Below are positions 36,355 to 41,564 of a stretch of DNA of 41,564 nt, one piece after another. Where the stretch lies: IMG/VR virus record IMGVR_UViG_3300045988_083850; one strand, given 5' to 3'. The position numbers and the translations under genes were made by a program. Source of the DNA: a virus. Below the pieces are notes generated by a model. The model was not told the DNA's origin. It saw only the letters and a program-made list of their open reading frames with translations, and did not search any database. Every line of letters begins with the position of its first letter. Positions within the stretch are counted from its first letter, which is position 1.

Positions 36355-37524
36355 ATGAAGACAAAAAGATTTGATTTCAACTTTAAGCCACTGCAAATTA
36401 ATGTTAGCATGGTGGTTGAGGGCGGTGTATCGGATAGTCAGAACTACGACGCAGACACCGACACATATACGCCCGATTACACCATAGACGCATCTAACTT
36501 AATAGTGCAGCCGAATATCGGCAGACTTGACAAAGACGAGGTTTTAACGCCGGGCTTGATTAATCAAGACCTCACTAATGTAGTCTGGTATGAGGTGAAC
36601 AAAGGAGCAGCCGACACCCTGATAGATAGCACTAACCCAGACTTTGAAGTAGTCAGCAAGGGACCAAAGGCAGGACGTATTAGGATTAAGAAGAACGCCA
36701 AGCCGCAGATACCTATGAATCTACGATTTGAAGCCGACTACAAAGACCCACGTACTAATCAGGTACACCACATCATCAAGCCGTACCAAGTGCAGTGCAA
36801 GAACGCCACAACATATACGCCACTTCTGGTATTGGATGCCGCCGCCCAAACTATCTACAACCCATTGAGCGACCCCGACACGCAGACGGTACACGCATCA
36901 TTGAGATTGGACGTTAATGAGTGCCCAGAGAATAAGCGTTTGTTTGTGTGGGAGGTAATGCGAGACGATGGAACATTTACCGCCGTAGGCAGCGACACCA
37001 CGTTAGACTATGACGTAGCGGTAGCAGCAGACGGAAACAGTTGTACCGTTAATCGTAGCCTCATGGGTACAGAACTTTATTTGCGATGCAGGGCAAAGTA
37101 TAGCCCGGACGGAAACCCGAGCAGCGTGACACTATCGGACAACGCCCCAACTAAGTTAGTGGCATTTATCCGTAGAATCCCAAAATTTGAGTACGACATC
37201 GGCGAACTACCTACCAACCTACCAAGTGGTTTGTTAGAGATTGCGCCAACGGCGAAGATTTGGAACACTAACGGCACGATCGACAATCCGGAACGTGAGT
37301 TATTGCCGCTTTGGTATGTTGCGACCAACGCACAGTCAGGAACGCTTAACTATTCGTTCATAGCACATGGAATGAAACCGACGCTTTCAACCAATAAGGT
37401 TAGTCAGACGTTAGGCGGTGTTTATGGTTTGGACGTTAAGGACGTTGGCCCTACGTGTGCATGGGAAGACAGCGACGGCGCAGTATTCGTTGATGCAGAC
37501 GATAACGTAATATTAATCAAATAA
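36355..37524 (+). CDS. hypothetical protein in tail-fibre module
   Basis: 389-aa ORF in the same orientation as its neighbours. No motif recognised. Confidence 0.45.
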   Translation: MKTKRFDFNFKPLQINVSMVVEGGVSDSQNYDADTDTYTPDYTIDASNLIVQPNIGRLDKDEVLTPGLINQDLTNVVWYEVNKGAADTLIDSTNPDFEVVSKGPKAGRIRIKKNAKPQIPMNLRFEADYKDPRTNQVHHIIKPYQVQCKNATTYTPLLVLDAAAQTIYNPLSDPDTQTVHASLRLDVNECPENKRLFVWEVMRDDGTFTAVGSDTTLDYDVAVAADGNSCTVNRSLMGTELYLRCRAKYSPDGNPSSVTLSDNAPTKLVAFIRRIPKFEYDIGELPTNLPSGLLEIAPTAKIWNTNGTIDNPERELLPLWYVATNAQSGTLNYSFIAHGMKPTLSTNKVSQTLGGVYGLDVKDVGPTCAWEDSDGAVFVDADDNVILIK

Positions 37525-37545
37525 CAATTTAATCAATATAAGATT

Positions 37546-38001
37546 ATGGCAAGATACATTAAAGCAAATCCATTGGTTGCACGATACTTGCAACTGGAGA
37601 ATGATCGTAACATGGTAAGTGATGGCAACTATCTGTTTTGGCAAAACGATATGTTGAAGTTTGGCCCACTAACCCAACTTAACGACATATTGGTTAAGAT
37701 TGGTGGTATTGCACTTATGCCGCATGAGGCGAGAAGCGAGCAGGACGGTACTATTTGCCGACCTTTGCCAATGGCGACCGATGCACGCTTTCAGCAGCCT
37801 ATTAAGGCTAACGTTAATGATGCTATCGTAGGTGGCAACACCAACACCGAGCAGGGCGCAGATGGCGAGGGCGAGAACACAGAGAGCACCGACAACGGCG
37901 GCAACAGCAACGAGGGCCAGGCCAACGAAGAAAATGCAGAGGGCGGCCAACAGTTGGAAGCGTCAGAGAGTGGGCAAACAGAAAGTGAAACCAAAAAGTA
38001 A
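37546..38001 (+). CDS. hypothetical protein with acidic G/N/E-rich tail
   Basis: 151-aa ORF with low-complexity C-terminus NTEQGADGEGENTESTDNGGNSNEGQANEENAEGGQQLEASESGQTESE. Confidence 0.45.
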   Translation: MARYIKANPLVARYLQLENDRNMVSDGNYLFWQNDMLKFGPLTQLNDILVKIGGIALMPHEARSEQDGTICRPLPMATDARFQQPIKANVNDAIVGGNTNTEQGADGEGENTESTDNGGNSNEGQANEENAEGGQQLEASESGQTESETKK

Positions 38002-38007
38002 GGAACT

Positions 38008-39060
38008 ATGAGCAAAGCGAGTACAACCCGAACGATTAAGTTTATTGCCAAGGCAGGAACTTATACGGCATTAATCATGCGCCCAGATGGTGACATCTAC
38101 CAAGAATGGGAGGGCACGGAATCCGACGTTACTAAGGTGTTCCCAAACTTTGAACAGACAAAGCCGAAACTTAACTTTGTCTGTATGAGTAGCCGAGTAG
38201 CCGAGGGAGTGGCAACGCCTGATAGTATGCAGTACTTTTTCAATGGTACGAAAATCGAGTTTAACGGCGATACGTCAAGCGGCATTTTTGCAGGCTACTT
38301 TAAGAAGTTTGCGCCAAGCGGCGACAACATCTACTATGGTTTGCAGATTGTTAAGAATTTGGTAGAAATCGCAGGTTTTGCCCCGGTAACTATCAAGATG
38401 GTGGCAGCTATCAGTTATGGCACACAAAGCGATAATATCCAAGCTACCTATACAATCCCAGTGCAGAAAGCAACAGGTACAAGTTATCGTGTTACCATCG
38501 TCGCAGGAGATAACAAGGGCTTTGTTATTACCGACAAGGGCGGCAGTTGCGTTTTAAAGGCGATGGCATACCAGAACTACGGGGAAATCACCAAAGATTT
38601 AACCTACGTGTGGGAGAAGATGGGAGCCAGTGGTTGGGAGGTAATCAACGGACAGACCGCCCAGACGCTTACAGTGTCAGGCAGCAGCATAGACACATAC
38701 GGAGAGTACAGGGTAACAGTTAATCGTAGTGGCGTTGAAATCGGTAAGGACATACAGGGCGTTATGGACGCATCCGACCCCTACGACATCGACGCACGCC
38801 CGACACCGGAAGACGAGGCGATAAGCGAAGATGAAAGCGGCAACGGCAAAGTAACCTATACGCCGTGGATCGTCAAGCGTGGAACGAACACCCAAGCAGT
38901 CAAAGACGCTAAGTTTTTCTTTGTTGTGAAAGATGCAGCAGGTGTTTACCTGAATAGTGACAGCGAGCGAAAAACGGCGGTTGCAAGCTATGCCGTAACA
39001 CGTGATATGTGTTTGCAAAATGGTGGAGACATCAGCGTAACGATAACATCAGAAAGTTAA
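38008..39060 (+). CDS. hypothetical structural protein in tail-fibre module
   Basis: 350-aa beta-rich ORF. Assigned by position only. Confidence 0.45.
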   Translation: MSKASTTRTIKFIAKAGTYTALIMRPDGDIYQEWEGTESDVTKVFPNFEQTKPKLNFVCMSSRVAEGVATPDSMQYFFNGTKIEFNGDTSSGIFAGYFKKFAPSGDNIYYGLQIVKNLVEIAGFAPVTIKMVAAISYGTQSDNIQATYTIPVQKATGTSYRVTIVAGDNKGFVITDKGGSCVLKAMAYQNYGEITKDLTYVWEKMGASGWEVINGQTAQTLTVSGSSIDTYGEYRVTVNRSGVEIGKDIQGVMDASDPYDIDARPTPEDEAISEDESGNGKVTYTPWIVKRGTNTQAVKDAKFFFVVKDAAGVYLNSDSERKTAVASYAVTRDMCLQNGGDISVTITSES

Positions 39061-39064
39061 GCCT

Positions 39065-40849
39065 ATGGGTGTGTCAATAACAAGAATAGTTAAGTTTATA
39101 CGCAAGGGAAAGGGCGTAATTGTCGCCCAATCCCGAAACGTATATAACTATACCTACAAGGAGTGGACGCAGTTCTACGGACTTAGTGGGCGGTCAGTCA
39201 ATTGGGACGGAATCATAAATGTATCTGATTTTTCCGTAGGTGACACGATGGTTATTAATGGCACGGTATCAGACAAACAACGTATTACCATCAGTCTTTA
39301 CGCTAAAGTAACGGCTATCGACACAAACCGGGCTATAATAACGGCTCAATCACTATACTACATTGCAAGTGGTGAGAATGGAGAAGATGGAAACGACGGC
39401 GTGGACGCAATAACCATTGATATATCGCCGGAGAACATTTTGCACAAAAAGACGGCCACCAATACCTCATACGCAATTACCATTAAAGTATTTGAGGGTA
39501 CAAAGCAACTGATAAGTAGTAACGGCAGTGGGAGCAGCTTTAAGTGTAACGTGGATACATCTAATTTCCCGACGGGCTTAAAAGGTAACACAGTAGCAGG
39601 CACAAATGTTTATACGCTTATTTTGGTGGTAGAAGCAAATTCCAATCCAAGCAAAGATATAGCGATATCTATTGTTTGCCGGGGCGTGACGCATAAACGC
39701 ACCGTGTCATTTAAGACTGTAGCCGATGGGCAACCCGGAGCTAAAGGCGACAGAGGCCCGGCACTACGAGGCCCACAAGCGTGGAGCGATTGCGCCGTAG
39801 GCTATGTGTTCCAATCAGGTGCAAGCGGCGAGGAATACAAGGACGTAGTTTTGTATGGTGGCTACTATTATTCTTGCATTAAATCGCACACCAAGACTGC
39901 AAGCAATTACCCAATAAGTGCGACCGACACCAATAGTGGACTTTGGAAGTTAGCCGACCCGGTGGAAATTGTGGCTACAAAGATACTGTTAGCGCAGTAC
40001 GCTTTAGTCAAAAATTTGGGTGTGGAGGCTATCGACATGAAAGATGCCGACGGTAATATTATCTTTCAGGCGAAAGACGGCAACGTTACTTGCAATAGCG
40101 GTACGTTCACAAATGGCACGTTCACAAATGTAAAAGTTATCGGCTCAATACGAAATCCGTTCAATTTGGCTAATGATAGCTTTGATGCTGATTACAGCGA
40201 TAATGTGGCTATGCTTAGTAGCGGTGGCGGTTGGTTAGATGCCTATTCTATGCCGTGGGACGTAAGCCAGAATGGAAGACGACTAACTATTGTAAACTAC
40301 AAATGGGGCGGCACAATGGCGCAAGGTCAAGCCGAAATTAGTGCGCCAAATGGCAAATACTTCTTTGAGGACGGAATCCAAAAAAGCAAGTTAAAAGTTA
40401 GCCGTGAAATTGTGGAAATGATAGGCTACGGCACTACCACGGAGTTCTACGGTTGGATCGTGCTAAATCGTATTGACTTAATGACAAGTCAAAAATATGG
40501 GCATTGTTTAAAGGCTTTGGCATTTGGCACGGTATCGGGTGGAAACAGTAGTAGCAACACATCAATAACGAGCAATACGTTTGATGGCAGCAAACTAACG
40601 GTAGCCCGACAATCTGAAGGACTTTACCGGGTATTTTTTCCGAGTACGTGGTTTACTTATACAAGTAATTGCCGTGTAATATTAACCGGGCGAGGTGTAT
40701 GCTACGGTGCAAGTAGCCCAGTAAAAGCCACTATGCACTCATTGGGTAACGGTTACTTTGATGTAGTCGTATCGGACGATGCAACCCGAAACGATGGCAG
40801 CTTTGATTTTATAATTTATAATGGATCAGATTTTGACATATTAAAATAG
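39065..40849 (+). CDS. tail fibre protein with short collagen-like segments
   Basis: G-X-Y runs GENGEDGNDGVD (39371-39406) and GQPGAKGDRGPA (39728-39763). Tandem GTFTNGTFTN at 40100-40129. Confidence 0.6.
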   Translation: MGVSITRIVKFIRKGKGVIVAQSRNVYNYTYKEWTQFYGLSGRSVNWDGIINVSDFSVGDTMVINGTVSDKQRITISLYAKVTAIDTNRAIITAQSLYYIASGENGEDGNDGVDAITIDISPENILHKKTATNTSYAITIKVFEGTKQLISSNGSGSSFKCNVDTSNFPTGLKGNTVAGTNVYTLILVVEANSNPSKDIAISIVCRGVTHKRTVSFKTVADGQPGAKGDRGPALRGPQAWSDCAVGYVFQSGASGEEYKDVVLYGGYYYSCIKSHTKTASNYPISATDTNSGLWKLADPVEIVATKILLAQYALVKNLGVEAIDMKDADGNIIFQAKDGNVTCNSGTFTNGTFTNVKVIGSIRNPFNLANDSFDADYSDNVAMLSSGGGWLDAYSMPWDVSQNGRRLTIVNYKWGGTMAQGQAEISAPNGKYFFEDGIQKSKLKVSREIVEMIGYGTTTEFYGWIVLNRIDLMTSQKYGHCLKALAFGTVSGGNSSSNTSITSNTFDGSKLTVARQSEGLYRVFFPSTWFTYTSNCRVILTGRGVCYGASSPVKATMHSLGNGYFDVVVSDDATRNDGSFDFIIYNGSDFDILK

Positions 40850-40857
40850 TAGTAATT

Positions 40858-41564
40858 ATGGCAATAAAGAAAACAAAAAAGTTGAGTGGTCAGGCAACAG
40901 TAACCACCATCAACACAGATCAGAAAATCCCGGTAACGGACGCAAACGGAAAGGTTACGCTTATCTCATTGGCGAACCTCAAAACCGCTTTGTTGGCAGG
41001 TATGAACCTTAACGGCTTATACGATGGTATCTTTATCATGTATCACCGTAAGAGCGATGATTACCCACTCATGGTTAAGCCTCATAAGTGGACATCGTTA
41101 CAGAACAGCGGTGAAATTGCCGACGGCGTAGTGGTAGTTGAGGGCGGCAAAATCTTAGTCGTAGCCCCTACCGAATCAACTTCTAAGCTAACGTGGAGTA
41201 GCGCAGCTATCAGCGGAGGCGGTACGACAACAACCGATCGTGTAACAGCGATGAACGATTGGAACGGTAAGGCGAACACGGCGGCTACAATCAAGGCAAG
41301 CAAAGCCGATGCAATCACCAATACGGCGCAGTATGCACCGGGCTACTGCAATCTGTATAGCCGTGCAAACGCTAACGGCAAGGGTTTGACAGCAGGTAAA
41401 TGGTGGTTGCCATCGTTGGGCGAAATGTTTATGATTTACGCCAACATGACAAAAATCAATTATGCTTTGTCCCTGATTGCCGGAGCCACCCAGTTAGTTG
41501 AAAATTGGTATTGGACTTCTACCGAGTCCAGTGCTACCGACGCATGGAATCTGAACCTCTACGG
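40858..41564 (+). CDS. DGR target protein 1, 5' part (259 aa in total, continues at 56..128)
   Basis: ATG at 40858 with an open frame to the window end. Translation reads MAIKKTKKLSGQATVTT...GKWWLPSLGEMFMIYANMTKINYALSLIAGATQLVENWYWTSTE. It is the last gene of the tail-fibre module. It is absent from the ORF track because it has no in-window stop. Confidence 0.88.
   Translation, partial: MAIKKTKKLSGQATVTTINTDQKIPVTDANGKVTLISLANLKTALLAGMNLNGLYDGIFIMYHRKSDDYPLMVKPHKWTSLQNSGEIADGVVVVEGGKILVVAPTESTSKLTWSSAAISGGGTTTTDRVTAMNDWNGKANTAATIKASKADAITNTAQYAPGYCNLYSRANANGKGLTAGKWWLPSLGEMFMIYANMTKINYALSLIAGATQLVENWYWTSTESSATDAWNLNLY
41510..41564. repeat. 55-nt terminal overlap identical to 1-55 (circular closure of the contig)
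   Basis: attggacttctaccgagtccagtgctaccgacgcatggaatctgaacctctacgg is present at both ends. The gene frame is continuous across the junction. Confidence 0.85.

Overview
All calls come from reading the sequence and ORF translations by eye. No HMM, BLAST or folding program was run, so family names are motif-level recognitions and novelty cannot be verified here.

The window is one complete, circularly closed phage genome of about 41.5 kb. Bases 1-55 are identical to 41510-41564, so the ends are an overlap, and one gene (40858..41564 continuing at 56..128) spans the junction. It looks like a temperate siphovirus-type phage with an HK97-type head module and a tape-measure tail. A Bacteroidales-like host is inferred from TAnnTTTG promoter boxes, weak Shine-Dalgarno usage, the integrase type and a T9SS-like tail on a moron.

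Gene order:
- DGR cassette: variable 3' end of target 1 with VR1 12-116, avd 204-620, TR 683-790, reverse transcriptase 832-2016.
- Lysis genes 2148-3436.
- Minus strand: tyrosine integrase, a secreted moron and a CI/LexA-type repressor (3480-6266).
- Rightward early genes, then a replication module: DUF2800-like nuclease, DUF2815-like SSB, family A DNA polymerase, VirE-type primase-helicase, VRR-NUC, SNF2 helicase.
- HNH endonuclease, a GC-tract cos-like gap, TerS and TerL.
- Portal, protease, capsid and connector genes, major tail protein, G/GT chaperone with an A9 slippery run, a 1324-aa tape measure and six tail-tip/fibre genes.

Most interesting finding: the diversity-generating retroelement has two variable repeats. 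VR1 lies in the last gene of the tail-fibre module. VR2 (12274-12381) lies in a gene embedded in the replication module directly after the DNA polymerase. All 23 TR/VR substitutions fall on TR adenines. Both VRs are followed about 40 nt later by a GAAA-loop hairpin that shows a compensatory base-pair change. VR1 is one codon shorter than TR.

Other points worth a second look:
- a G8 tract that breaks a PAPS-reductase-family gene
- an iteron/AT-rich ori-like gap
- a candidate u-spanin
- a repressor-linked secreted moron
- a 35-bp operator palindrome
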